Source of the DNA: a phage
Strand: one strand, 5' to 3'
Sequence record: PZ212788.1
Length of the DNA: 64,000 bases
This document shows positions 10,382 to 20,607 of this stretch, piece after piece (position 1 is the stretch's first letter; each line of letters begins with the position of its first letter). The notes under the pieces are model-generated. The model was not told the DNA's origin, made no database searches, and worked only from the letters and a program-made list of their open reading frames with translations. The translations under genes were made by a program, and so were the position numbers.

Positions 10382-13300
10382 TGCCAATTGCAATGATTGA
10401 TAACATCGTTGCTTCTGCAAGATCTTCAAGTTATGACTGGAACGCATCCAAGGCAGCTCTGGCTGACAGCCTGAACACTGTTACCACCAGAACTCTGGAT
10501 AAGATTTTTGAGGGCAACAAATCTTACAGAAGTCAGCAAGATAGACAAAAGCTTCTCAGATCTTCTGCTGCACCTTGCTCTGTAGTGTATGGGAAGACAC
10601 GCACATCTGGATTACTTGCGTTTTTGGAGCAGGACAGGGACAGGACCCTCCATTGTGCTATTGTTCTTGCCAATCATCCCCTGGAAGGTATAGAAGATAT
10701 ACTCATCGACGGTAATCCTATTTCCTCGTATGGAGATTTGATATCGTGGGAGCTACATAACGACAGAAAAACATCTGATCCTTTCATGGGTACACACTGC
10801 CCGTCGTGGTCACCAGACATGATAGGTAGAGGGATCAGTTGGCTACGTGCCAGCTTCAGGTTTGACCCTAACAAGTTCCCTTTTGGGTTGCCAAACGTTA
10901 CACTCGTCAAGGTTGGTAAAAAATGCTATGATCCTCGTATCAGTAAAGAGGTGTATACCAATAACGCGGCCTTGGTGATTCTAGACTATTTAAGAACGTA
11001 CCTTAAATGTCCTGACGAAACCATCAACTGGGAGTCCTTCAAGGAGGCTGCTAACATATGCGATGAGGCGGTAAGAAACGCGGACGGAACTAGTGAGCGC
11101 CGTTACACCATTAATGGTGAGTTCGATATGGATGAGGCCCCAGCAAGTATTATGGCAGAAATGCTGAAAGCTTGTGGTGCAGATCTCAGCTATGTAGCTG
11201 GTAAGTATGGACTGCTGGTAGGTGCATATTATGGTCCGGCAACAATGACACTGAGTGAGGACTGTGTCTGTGGTGAGGTTAAGATCTATCCGGAAGCCTC
11301 GTTTGACAAAAGATCCAACACAATAACTGGCAGATTCACCAGTCCGACTAAAGGGTATTCTGAAACAGATTTTCCATCAGTATTTGTCCCAGAGTGGATA
11401 GAGAAGGATGGAGAAAGAAAGATAATCGATATAGACTACCGCTTTGTTACCAGTCCTTACCAAGCTCAGCGTGTTTCTGCAATCTTCTTAAGACGTGCTA
11501 GAGCTGGCAGGATTATTGAAGTCACCTGCAATATGCGAGGTTTTAAATTTAAGCCTGGTAGTTACGTTACAATGGACCTTCCAAGTATTGGTATAGTGGG
11601 CCAAGAAATGAGGGTTCTTGAGTGGGAGTTCACTAAAAAGGGTGGTGTTAAGGTAAAACTTCGCCAAGATGCTAAAGAGTGGAATGATGCCACAGGGCAA
11701 CTTCCTGATTCCGGCGATGTAGATATTCCGATATCCCCGTCCGGTGTAGCTCAACCGCAAAACTTCAGATACTCCGTTCTCCAAGCTGGGGAAGTAACTC
11801 ACGGTGTTTTGGCTTGGGACAACGTTGGAACTTACGCTCAAAATATTGTGCAGGTAAGAAAGAACGGAGAGATTGTTTGGACAGCACAGACAGTTGAGCA
11901 GTTTGTCCGAGTAGAAGGCTTGACCAAAGGGTCATACACAGCAACCGTGGTTGCAACATCTTATAAAGGTGGTGTATCTCCAGAAGCCTACTGCGAGTTC
12001 AACATTCAAGCACCTGAAGCTCCTGTTTCTGTAGAAGTTAAGCAGGGATACTTTGCTATCACCTTGATTCCGCATAGTAGGGATTTAGCAAGTGTTAGCA
12101 CCCAGTATGACTTTTGGACATCCGGTATGACAAGGTTGCCAGACACCAGTGATGCAACCGTTACTTCAAAAGCCACCCGTATGGGTGTTGGTTCAACTTG
12201 GACATCTGAAGGTCTGCAGAACGATAAGATTTATTATTGGTATATTAGAACCACAAACGCTTTTGGTAGTTCTCAGTTTGTAGAATGCGCTGCACGCTGC
12301 TACACCTCTATTGAGGATTTGATGCCTCAGATAGATGCTGAATTCAAAAAGACAGAAACTTATAAAGAGTTGATGAGTACTTTGGATTCCTCTATTGAAG
12401 AGGTTGAAAATCGTGTCACAGAACTTAACAGGTACATGGATGGTAGGGTAGATGAAGCGTTCCAGCAACTTGGGGACAGAATAGGTGCGGTAGTTACAGA
12501 AACAACTCAGAAGTTTGAAGATGTCAATGGTAACATTACAGCGCTGGATAGGAAACTTGTTGCTGCACAGAACAAATTCACCAACGATCTGAACACTGAA
12601 AGTGGCAGACTGGCATCTCTGATCGAGACAACCAATAAAGCAACTACTGATCTTCTGAACAAAAAGACAGAGGCTTTAGATGAGAAATTGGTTGCCGCCA
12701 AAGGTGAGCTGGTAGAGCAGATAGAGGGAGTTGAGAGCGGGTATTTAGCCGGAGATAAAACTCTGGATGGTAAGATCAATACTCAGAGAACAGAACTTGA
12801 CGCAAGCATCTTGAGCACTAACCAGGCAACTGTGGATCTTTTGAACAGGACATCTGAAACTCTGGATCAAAAGATCAGTCAGACAAACGCGACGGTATCT
12901 AAAAACTATACCACCCTGGATGGCAAGATAACCACCGCAAAAACTGACCTCAACACCTTGATTGCCAATACCAACAAGGCCACCACTGACTTGTTGAATC
13001 AGAAAACATCTGCACTGTCAGAGCAGATAACTTCTGCACGTGGGGAGATTTCTACCAACAAGCAGGCGATTGATGCTTTGGATGGAAAACTGACTTCCAC
13101 AAAAACAGCGCTGGATGCTACAATTTCCGATACCAACAAAGCTACTGTGGACCTTATCAACGGCACAGCGTCAGCTATTCGTCAAGAACTTGCTGTTGCT
13201 AAGCAGGAGATCATTGATGATGTTGGGGATGTGTCCGAAATCAGGGCTGCAGTAGCTACAACATCTAAGGCTGTAACCGACTTAGAGGGTAAAGTAAATG

Positions 13301-14220
13301 CTCAATGGGGCACAAAAATACAGGTAGACTCCGCAGGGAATAAATATGTTGCAGGTATCCAGTTGGGGATGGAAGGGTCTGGAGGCCAAGTTCAATCCTA
13401 CTTCATGGTTAGTGCAAACAATTTTGCGGTATACAACCCTGGAAATGGAACAGCAACCCTTGCTTTCGCAATCAAGAACAACCAAGCGTTCTTGAAAGAT
13501 GCTTTTATAGAGAACGGGACGATTTCATCTGCCAAGATCGCACAAGAAATTTCGTCAAACAACTACGATGGCAACGGGTACCATAAATACGGTTGGTATA
13601 TTAACAAGAACGGGCACGCCCAATTTATGGATGTATGGGTGAAAGGCAACATCAACGCCAGTTCTGGTAACTTCACAGGGGCAGTTAACGCCACTAGTGG
13701 TACCTTCCGTGGGGATGTTTATGCCAATAATGGTAGCTTTAGGGGCACCATAGATGCAACTGGAGGTACCTTCCGTGGACGTGTAGAAGCTTCCGTTATC
13801 CGTGCTAACCAGTTCGAAGGTGCAATCGTTGCACATAGGACCTACGGTGACTGTTCTCCAGTGTACAACTCGCAGCAAAGGGTTTGCCGTTGGAGGTGGA
13901 GATATGTGGACAACGTGCAAGGCCAAGGTAAGAACGTAACATTCTTCTTTAAACTGAATGGTACTCTTGCCAGCTCACAACTGAATGCATGGATAGCTGG
14001 TCATCAGATCCTTGCTGGCAAGAAGTATTTTAACGACAACAACGGCATGTGTGCGGTAGGGATAACAGGTCTGGGTGAACAAACTATAGACATTGTTATC
14101 GAGATTTACACACCGTGGTCAACGTCTAGCGTGACAGGTGTCACAATCTCCTGTCCTACTGTGATCGTTAGTCGTTCTAACTCAAGCTTCCAGGGACCTT
14201 GGAACGAGTCTCACGACTAA
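10381..14220 (+). CDS. central tail fibre / host specificity protein, lambda gpJ-like
   Basis: 1279 aa; colinear matches to lambda J (YFAITLIPH vs YFQITATPH; YYWYIRTTNAFGSSQFVE vs YYFYIRSVNTVGKSAFVE; KYVAGIQLGMEG vs HYVAGIGLSMED; SYFMVSANNFAVYNPGNG vs SQFLVAANRIAFIDPANG). Confidence 0.8.
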   Translation: MPIAMIDNIVASARSSSYDWNASKAALADSLNTVTTRTLDKIFEGNKSYRSQQDRQKLLRSSAAPCSVVYGKTRTSGLLAFLEQDRDRTLHCAIVLANHPLEGIEDILIDGNPISSYGDLISWELHNDRKTSDPFMGTHCPSWSPDMIGRGISWLRASFRFDPNKFPFGLPNVTLVKVGKKCYDPRISKEVYTNNAALVILDYLRTYLKCPDETINWESFKEAANICDEAVRNADGTSERRYTINGEFDMDEAPASIMAEMLKACGADLSYVAGKYGLLVGAYYGPATMTLSEDCVCGEVKIYPEASFDKRSNTITGRFTSPTKGYSETDFPSVFVPEWIEKDGERKIIDIDYRFVTSPYQAQRVSAIFLRRARAGRIIEVTCNMRGFKFKPGSYVTMDLPSIGIVGQEMRVLEWEFTKKGGVKVKLRQDAKEWNDATGQLPDSGDVDIPISPSGVAQPQNFRYSVLQAGEVTHGVLAWDNVGTYAQNIVQVRKNGEIVWTAQTVEQFVRVEGLTKGSYTATVVATSYKGGVSPEAYCEFNIQAPEAPVSVEVKQGYFAITLIPHSRDLASVSTQYDFWTSGMTRLPDTSDATVTSKATRMGVGSTWTSEGLQNDKIYYWYIRTTNAFGSSQFVECAARCYTSIEDLMPQIDAEFKKTETYKELMSTLDSSIEEVENRVTELNRYMDGRVDEAFQQLGDRIGAVVTETTQKFEDVNGNITALDRKLVAAQNKFTNDLNTESGRLASLIETTNKATTDLLNKKTEALDEKLVAAKGELVEQIEGVESGYLAGDKTLDGKINTQRTELDASILSTNQATVDLLNRTSETLDQKISQTNATVSKNYTTLDGKITTAKTDLNTLIANTNKATTDLLNQKTSALSEQITSARGEISTNKQAIDALDGKLTSTKTALDATISDTNKATVDLINGTASAIRQELAVAKQEIIDDVGDVSEIRAAVATTSKAVTDLEGKVNAQWGTKIQVDSAGNKYVAGIQLGMEGSGGQVQSYFMVSANNFAVYNPGNGTATLAFAIKNNQAFLKDAFIENGTISSAKIAQEISSNNYDGNGYHKYGWYINKNGHAQFMDVWVKGNINASSGNFTGAVNATSGTFRGDVYANNGSFRGTIDATGGTFRGRVEASVIRANQFEGAIVAHRTYGDCSPVYNSQQRVCRWRWRYVDNVQGQGKNVTFFFKLNGTLASSQLNAWIAGHQILAGKKYFNDNNGMCAVGITGLGEQTIDIVIEIYTPWSTSSVTGVTISCPTVIVSRSNSSFQGPWNESHD
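12530..13230 (+). repeat. intragenic tandem repeats (about 42 aa / 126 bp period) encoding a coiled-coil insert in the J-like fibre
   Basis: Recurring units ...LDGKI.T..T.L......TN.AT.DLLN..T..L...I... at least four times; not present in lambda J. Confidence 0.55.
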
Positions 14221-14227
14221 CCTTTAA

Positions 14228-14255
14228 AGCCCCGCTTCGGCGGGGTTTATTTTTA
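14228..14255 (+). terminator. rho-independent terminator (same family as 8721)
   Basis: agccccgc-ttcg-gcggggt followed by ttatttttat after the J-like stop. Confidence 0.7.
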
Positions 14256-14263
14256 TGCTCAGA

Positions 14264-14292
14264 TTGACTATTGTTACAAAATTTGGTAAAAT
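14264..14292 (+). promoter_or_regulatory. sigma70-like promoter with extended -10 (TTGACT-17-TGgTAAAAT)
   Basis: -35 TTGACT 14264-14269, spacer 17, TGG TAAAAT 14284-14292; near-identical spacer/-10 to promoter at 8753. Confidence 0.6.
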
Positions 14293-14325
14293 ACCTTGTA
14301 GAGATTTTCATACCGGAGGAGTGAC

Positions 14326-15816
14326 GTGGCTAAGTATGGATTGACAGAGGCTGGTTTCGTTATACCAACCCTAAATGACCTAATCGTTGAAACTAAGCAA
14401 AGCCTGATCCGTGCTTTTGGCGAAAACTTCAACGTACAGAGTAACTCCGTTGCAGATAAGCTGACCACTATCTTCAACGAGCGAGAGTATCAACTTATTC
14501 TTATGGCAGCATCTGTATACGCATCACAGACGCTGTATGGGGCAGAAGGTATCTACCTAGATGAGCTTCTTGGAAGACAGGGTATTTACCGAAGAGGCCG
14601 TTCTAAATCATCAGGTACCTGCCAGTTGACAATCAACACAACTGTGCCGTACAATATGATTTATGATTCCAAAACTTATACGCTGGACAGTGGCAACTTT
14701 GTTCTTAGCAACGATGTGCAAGTAGCAGGGAATCTTATTGCTCACAGAATAAATGCTCCAGACCTAAGGATTGGGAAATACAACTTCCAAATTACCAACC
14801 AGACAGATGGAAGTATCAAAACAAAAAGTCTGGTTTTAACAGATAAGTCTCTGGACTCTTCTGATTTGCCAAGCTTTTACGGAGAGATTAAGCAATTCAT
14901 TGTCGATAATACAACCCTGTTGAACGACGATTTGATTCAGGTCGATATGTTGACAGGAACGTTGTGGATAGGGTACAATTCGAATCTTGATCAAGTTGGA
15001 CTTAATAGTAGAGTAGATTTCAGAGTATCCCCGATTGTAGGGGAAAGAACTATCACCCTGGATGTTATCGCTAACGAGGCTGGTGAGCTGTCAAGAGAGG
15101 CAGAAACCGTGACAACAATGTCACCTACTCCCAGTGGATTTATCAAGCTTACCAACCGAGAAAGATTCAACGAGGGCAGGGATGTTGAGAAAGATTCCGA
15201 GTATCGCTTAAGAGCTTCCAGCACAAAACAGTTAACATCGAAGGCTACCCGTCCTGCAATCCTTAGCGCTGTAAGCGAGGTGAAAGGTGTTGAGAAAGTG
15301 AGAGTGTTCTCCAACAACACTGATAAAACTGATGCTAAAGGTATACCTCCTTACAAGTTCCAAGTGGTTGTGTTTGGTGGTGCAACGGAGGACATTTGCC
15401 AAGCACTTTACCAAACTATAGCCTGTACGAACAGGACTTATGGTAATATTTTCTACGATGTCACTACATCTGACGGTCAAACTGAAAGAATTTATTACTC
15501 CAAGGCAAATACCTACCGCCTAGATGTAAGAATTACCTATTCCGGCGCTGCGCTTTCCACAACCGAAAAAGATGCCATTGTAGAGGCTCTTTTGCAGGTT
15601 GTTAACGGACTGGATGTTGCAGATACGTTGTACAATATCCAATTGGTCGGTGCTGCATCCGCTGCTGTGTCGATAGGTAGATTTAATAGACTGGTAATTC
15701 AAGTTAAACCAGTAGGAGCTTCTGATGAAGCTTACACTACAAACGATATTGTTGCGAACATGACCGAGGTGTTTGACCTCGACGAAAGTAATATAACTTT
15801 CCAACAAACTATTTAA
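14326..15816 (+). CDS. baseplate J-like (gp6/P2 gpJ-like) wedge protein
   Basis: 496 aa; GTG start with GGAGGA RBS; domain order and C-terminal beta-rich segment resemble Baseplate_J proteins; assignment by motif impression only. Confidence 0.4.
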   Translation: MAKYGLTEAGFVIPTLNDLIVETKQSLIRAFGENFNVQSNSVADKLTTIFNEREYQLILMAASVYASQTLYGAEGIYLDELLGRQGIYRRGRSKSSGTCQLTINTTVPYNMIYDSKTYTLDSGNFVLSNDVQVAGNLIAHRINAPDLRIGKYNFQITNQTDGSIKTKSLVLTDKSLDSSDLPSFYGEIKQFIVDNTTLLNDDLIQVDMLTGTLWIGYNSNLDQVGLNSRVDFRVSPIVGERTITLDVIANEAGELSREAETVTTMSPTPSGFIKLTNRERFNEGRDVEKDSEYRLRASSTKQLTSKATRPAILSAVSEVKGVEKVRVFSNNTDKTDAKGIPPYKFQVVVFGGATEDICQALYQTIACTNRTYGNIFYDVTTSDGQTERIYYSKANTYRLDVRITYSGAALSTTEKDAIVEALLQVVNGLDVADTLYNIQLVGAASAAVSIGRFNRLVIQVKPVGASDEAYTTNDIVANMTEVFDLDESNITFQQTI

Positions 15817-15827
15817 GGCGGCGAGAT

Positions 15828-16514
15828 ATGGCAGAGATTAAGTCGGATGTTAACCACATCCACACTCTGCCAGATTTTGTTCAGGGAGGTCTTGACTACC
15901 TGCCTGGAGATTTTCTGGCTGAGAAGGTTAATTTAGTCACATTCTTAACCGTATACCTTAAAAGGTTGGAGGATGTTGATAAGATGCTGGTAGGTTTGGC
16001 TGAAGGAAGATTGCTTAACAATGCCAGCGGAAGATACCTTGACGAAGTTGGTAATCAACTTGGTATTCTTAGGAATGGACTTTCAGATGCTGATTTTCGT
16101 GCCACACTAATTATTCAGCAGGCCGCAGCATCAAGGGGCGGGACTCGCGAAGATGTCATCTCCACCTTGCGACAATTGTTCGGAAGAGACAATTTCGATA
16201 CGTGGAAAGGAGACAACTTCAGGTTTGACATAAATATTAGAAAAACTTGCTTTGACATATTGCAGTCTATCGATCAGATCTTAGATATGCTACCATTGCC
16301 TTGTCATTTGCGTCTTACAGAATCGCAAGGGCAAGCTTTTGGTTTTGAAGGGGACTCTACAGCTCTTGGCTTCGGATCAGTATGGGAAGAAAACCAGTTT
16401 GGAGTTGGTGGGCTGGCTACTTTGCTGTATGTTCCTGACGTAAGACCTGATTGGGACACCACAACCATTTATTGTGAAAGTATTACAGTAAACGCAACTA
16501 GACAGGAGGGTTAA
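15828..16514 (+). CDS. tail/baseplate protein (gpI-like position)
   Basis: 228 aa ORF following J-like baseplate gene; no recognisable signature. Confidence 0.3.
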   Translation: MAEIKSDVNHIHTLPDFVQGGLDYLPGDFLAEKVNLVTFLTVYLKRLEDVDKMLVGLAEGRLLNNASGRYLDEVGNQLGILRNGLSDADFRATLIIQQAAASRGGTREDVISTLRQLFGRDNFDTWKGDNFRFDINIRKTCFDILQSIDQILDMLPLPCHLRLTESQGQAFGFEGDSTALGFGSVWEENQFGVGGLATLLYVPDVRPDWDTTTIYCESITVNATRQEG

Positions 16515-18586
16515 TGGCAACAGCTGTTTTTAAACCTTACCGTGATTACTCTACAATGGCTGCACGGTTTCATTACCGAACAGTTCAGGATACTGCCGTT
16601 CCTGGTAGGGATTATGATCATGTTGAGGGCGATGTAACTATCCCAGTTGGGGCAACCAGTATTGAGATCCCCGTGGAAATTGTTGACAAATTACCCAACA
16701 GGTTGCCAAGAAGCTTCTTTATGGAGTTTTCATCAAAATCTCAAGGGGTGATGATTGGAACACAAAGGGCGAAATGTACAATAGTTTCAGATGAGAATCT
16801 TGACAGGATATCTTGGGATACTGTTGAGGAGAGAATGTTTCACCCAAGATATTGGGTTACAACCACTCAGCAGACTGAAAGTACCTGTATTGTTGCAGAT
16901 AACAACTGTTGTATTAACCGTTTAGTGTCAAGAACATATGGAGGTATGGCTGGGTGCATTTGGGAAACAGTTGACAAGTATGACCATTTCGGTATTGGGT
17001 TTGATGATCACTATGAGATGAGAAACACCAAGCTTTGGTTCAGAATGTCAATAACCAATGCCAGCAACTTCTCCACCCCTGAAAAGATGATTATGACTGT
17101 AGACCTTGTTGATGGCACAATCATCTATGTTCCTTTAGCTCAATATGCTGTCAGCATCTCAGAGGATAAGAATGTTGCAGAGATTCATATTGATTTCGAG
17201 GACTGCGTCGGGATGGATCAGAACAACAACATGATGGGTGTTGATCCTCGACAGGTGAGAAGGATTTTAATACCGCTTATGCCTAAAGACTGGGTAAGTA
17301 ATAGCACAGACCCGAGAACGGAAAATGTAGAGTGTGAGTTGCGCCTAGATCTGCTCCAGCCAGACACAGGCTGGAAAATGATGCAACTTAACAATATTCA
17401 GGTTAAAGAGCACGACGTTGGGATCTGCACCGCATATGACGATATGTGGAACGTATCTCCTTTAAGGGTGTTGAACAATATCAAGCGTCTGGGCTATACC
17501 GGAACCATAAACCATTATGTTGGTATGAGTCATTATTATGACTACACATGGTCAGGAACCCAATGGTCTATAAACAGAACAGGGGCGCTAAACGCTGCAG
17601 CTTATAAATGGCATGATGATTTTATGTACAATGCCAAACGACATAACTTCGACGTTATGCAATCTGTAAGTTTTGAGCTTTTCAGCGATGCCTGCCCGTT
17701 GGAATGGACCCAAAGAGACTGGAACGATAACTACGCTAAAACAGGGTATACACCCTGTAGCTACCTCCTGTCTCCAACCATTGAAGAGGGTATGAATTTC
17801 CTTACTGCAGTATTTAAGAATTTTGCATCAGCCGCTATGAGAAACAACCTGCCAGTGATTATGCAGGTTGGTGAACCGTGGTGGTGGTACAATACCGATA
17901 CTCGTAGACCTTGTATTTATGATTACCCTACAAAGCAGGCGTTTTATGATGAGACAGGTGAGTATGCATTAGATATTGGGACTATTGACGATCCTAAAAC
18001 TGGCGGTGTTTACGACAAGTATGTAGCATTTTGTCGTGGTAAGCTTGGCGCTCGTATTGCGGCTATTTCAAAGGCAATAAAGGCACACGCTGCATCAGCT
18101 CAGATGACAGCTTTGCTGTTTTTCCCAACCATCATGGAAACCGAGCTTACGCAAAAGCTGAACCTTGCTGACCAATATAAAAAGGAAGCAGGTGCTCTTG
18201 ATTTCTTCTGCACCGAGTGCTACGATTGGGTGATGCAGGGAGGTATTGAAAAGGCAAAAGAGTCTGTAAACATACCTATCGTTAAGTTAGGTTGGCAACC
18301 GTCTGAAATACAATACCTTGCAGGGTTCGTTCCTAGTAAAGAGCTTGCTCCGGTATATGGCTACGACCCAACCAGGAATTACCAAGAATTTTTATGGAGA
18401 TGTATCTGCGGAAACATGGCAACCATAGAGTATAGATACCCTGAGGTAAAACAGTATGTGTGGGCATACCCGCAAGTAATGTCTGACAGCATCACTGTTA
18501 CAGCCAGAGATTCTACCGTGCTTCATATGGGGCAGGTTGCTCTGAAAGGGTATGTAGAAGATGTTGTCCCTCCAGACTTCTCATAA
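16514..18586 (+). CDS. tail-associated protein with possible glycoside hydrolase (TIM-barrel-like) domain
   Basis: 690 aa; central region with FELFSDACP ... MQVGEPWWWYNT patterns reminiscent of acid/nucleophile strands of clan-A glycosidases; translationally coupled in tail operon. Confidence 0.35.
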   Translation: MATAVFKPYRDYSTMAARFHYRTVQDTAVPGRDYDHVEGDVTIPVGATSIEIPVEIVDKLPNRLPRSFFMEFSSKSQGVMIGTQRAKCTIVSDENLDRISWDTVEERMFHPRYWVTTTQQTESTCIVADNNCCINRLVSRTYGGMAGCIWETVDKYDHFGIGFDDHYEMRNTKLWFRMSITNASNFSTPEKMIMTVDLVDGTIIYVPLAQYAVSISEDKNVAEIHIDFEDCVGMDQNNNMMGVDPRQVRRILIPLMPKDWVSNSTDPRTENVECELRLDLLQPDTGWKMMQLNNIQVKEHDVGICTAYDDMWNVSPLRVLNNIKRLGYTGTINHYVGMSHYYDYTWSGTQWSINRTGALNAAAYKWHDDFMYNAKRHNFDVMQSVSFELFSDACPLEWTQRDWNDNYAKTGYTPCSYLLSPTIEEGMNFLTAVFKNFASAAMRNNLPVIMQVGEPWWWYNTDTRRPCIYDYPTKQAFYDETGEYALDIGTIDDPKTGGVYDKYVAFCRGKLGARIAAISKAIKAHAASAQMTALLFFPTIMETELTQKLNLADQYKKEAGALDFFCTECYDWVMQGGIEKAKESVNIPIVKLGWQPSEIQYLAGFVPSKELAPVYGYDPTRNYQEFLWRCICGNMATIEYRYPEVKQYVWAYPQVMSDSITVTARDSTVLHMGQVALKGYVEDVVPPDFS

Positions 18587-18598
18587 TCAGGAGATAAA

Positions 18599-19639
18599 AT
18601 GTCAAAACCTAGTTTTCCATTAGAGATTTGGGCAGAGGAGGATCAGGTTCTGCCTAACACCCACAGACAGAACAGGCTACGCCCGATTGATGATTTGTGG
18701 AGAAAAGGTTGGGATCTTGGTCAAAAGCCATCCTGTGAAGAACTTAACTATATTTTCAATATGCTCGGAACTTGGGCAAAATACATTGCTGACGAGCAGA
18801 TCCCCGCTCAAGAAGGCCGTTATCTGGTACGTGATAATAACTTGAGCGATCTTTTGAACATCCCTGTTGCCCGTAGAAACCTTGGGATTATCACTAAGGA
18901 AGAGGCAGACGCCAGGTATGTAAAAGTTACAGGTGATACAATGACAGGCCCCTTGGGGTTGCAACGTATCAACTTTAAAGCTGCCGAGACAGATAAGGCT
19001 TGGATAGAGACAACTATTGGCCCAGATAAGACAACTCTCGACTTTGGGTTAAGTGATAATACCGGGTCGTTTGATGATGGTGGTACATCTACAGTAGATG
19101 CGTTTCGTTGGAGATTCCAGCCAACTCAGCCGGATATTAATCCAGAGTTCACTTTGATGTACCTTAACGCGATCACGGCTAATCGTGCGCTGTTGAAAGT
19201 GGTAGGCAATGTTGAAGTTGTCGATAACATGAGGTGCAATAACCTTACTATCAGCAATACAGCAACATTCACCAACTGTAATGTGGCTAGTCAGTTGACG
19301 GCTGGGTCAGTATATGTTAATGGTGGTGCAAGTTGTGACAGTATGGTTGTAAGAAGCCAGCACTGTGTTGTCGGTAACAGAAATGTGGTGCGCTCCGTGA
19401 ATGGAGTGACGGCTAACGGTAACGGTGATGTAACGATCACTATCCCGCAGACAGGTGTGCAAGACATCAGAATCGGTGCAAGACTTGTGGACGGCGTTTC
19501 TGAATCTCCAATCCGCAACGGCTACGTTGTCACAGGCTGGCATTTCGGTGACAAAAAAGAGATGCGTGGTTCAACCTACTGGGCAGGACCTTTACAAAAA
19601 CTTGTAAATGGTCAATGGATCACTGTTAATTATGCATAG
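18599..19639 (+). CDS. tail fibre protein (paralogue A)
   Basis: 346 aa; N-terminal ~200 aa and C-terminal YWAGPLQKLVNGQWITVNYA shared with 20654-21697; followed by a Tfa chaperone gene. Confidence 0.6.
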   Translation: MSKPSFPLEIWAEEDQVLPNTHRQNRLRPIDDLWRKGWDLGQKPSCEELNYIFNMLGTWAKYIADEQIPAQEGRYLVRDNNLSDLLNIPVARRNLGIITKEEADARYVKVTGDTMTGPLGLQRINFKAAETDKAWIETTIGPDKTTLDFGLSDNTGSFDDGGTSTVDAFRWRFQPTQPDINPEFTLMYLNAITANRALLKVVGNVEVVDNMRCNNLTISNTATFTNCNVASQLTAGSVYVNGGASCDSMVVRSQHCVVGNRNVVRSVNGVTANGNGDVTITIPQTGVQDIRIGARLVDGVSESPIRNGYVVTGWHFGDKKEMRGSTYWAGPLQKLVNGQWITVNYA

Positions 19640-19653
19640 ATCGGAGGACTAGC

Positions 19654-20238
19654 ATGAAAATACTTCAAGAGTTTAAACTTTACCAACCGGGATCTGGCGA
19701 ATACCACTCCAACAAGGAAACCAAGGAGCTGACCCCTCAAGAGGTCGAGGATTACACCGCATACACTGGGTATTTTTTACGTAATGATGATGGTGATTGG
19801 TATGTGCAGTCACGAACATTACGACAAGAAAATCCAGGGTGTATCTTCCTACTTGTTGACGAGAAGGGAATTCTTAAGACATCTACAGAAGAACCTGATG
19901 CCTTATGGCCTGCTCCAGGTCTTCGTGTGGTTATCGCCAAAAAAGAAGAGGTACCAGAAAACATTATGCTTCACCACGACGCTTTGCGTTTAGTTGGTGA
20001 TGAATTTGTCACAGACAATGAATTCTTTGTTCAACAGGCAGAGGGTGTCATAGAGACAGAACTTGCTTGGGCTACTGCTAGAATTGGTGCCTATCAAGAC
20101 ATGATTGACCTTGAATATGATCTTACTGATGACCAGAAACGTAACATCAGAGATTTGAAAATGTACAGGGTAAAACTTCTTGAAATAGATACATCTAAAG
20201 CCCCTGACATTTTCTTCCCGGAGCGACCTACCCTCTAA
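19654..20238 (+). CDS. tail fibre assembly chaperone (Tfa/gpG-like)
   Basis: C-terminus ...DLKMYRVKLLEIDTSKAPDIFFPERP matches the conserved tail-fibre-assembly protein C-terminal motif (KxYRVxLxxxDxSxAPDIxWPxxP). Confidence 0.7.
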   Translation: MKILQEFKLYQPGSGEYHSNKETKELTPQEVEDYTAYTGYFLRNDDGDWYVQSRTLRQENPGCIFLLVDEKGILKTSTEEPDALWPAPGLRVVIAKKEEVPENIMLHHDALRLVGDEFVTDNEFFVQQAEGVIETELAWATARIGAYQDMIDLEYDLTDDQKRNIRDLKMYRVKLLEIDTSKAPDIFFPERPTL

Positions 20239-20249
20239 GAGGAGGTGTT

Positions 20250-20564
20250 GTGGAGTTGGATTTGGCGGCATTGTACGGTATCTGCATGGGTACCGTTGTC
20301 CCGATCTGTGTATGGGCTTTCAACCAGTGGCACACCAAATGGAAAGGCATTTCCAAGAGGTTGGATGAGCTGGAGAAAGACCTCATCTTAGTGAAAAACA
20401 GTATGGTTACAAAAGATAGACTTGATTCCGTTATCGAGACTCGGTTAAGCAAGCTAGAGGCCGATATTAACGACCTTAAGCAGGATGTCAGGACAGATGT
20501 CTCCGGCATCCGAGCTGATGTACAAAAGATTTTGCACATGCTCGTAGAGCATAGTAAAAGGTAA
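20250..20564 (+). CDS. membrane-anchored coiled-coil protein (holin- or spanin-like candidate)
   Basis: 104 aa; hydrophobic N-terminal helix (ALYGICMGTVVPICVWAF) then charged heptad-like region; GAGGAGG RBS. Confidence 0.3.
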   Translation: MELDLAALYGICMGTVVPICVWAFNQWHTKWKGISKRLDELEKDLILVKNSMVTKDRLDSVIETRLSKLEADINDLKQDVRTDVSGIRADVQKILHMLVEHSKR

Positions 20565-20572
20565 ACAAAGGT

Positions 20573-20607
20573 CAGAACGGAAAGGACTCCGTTCTTGCAT
20601 TTTGTTC
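20573..20607 (+). terminator. rho-independent terminator
   Basis: cagaacgg-aaaggact-ccgttcttg followed by cattttgttc. Confidence 0.55.
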
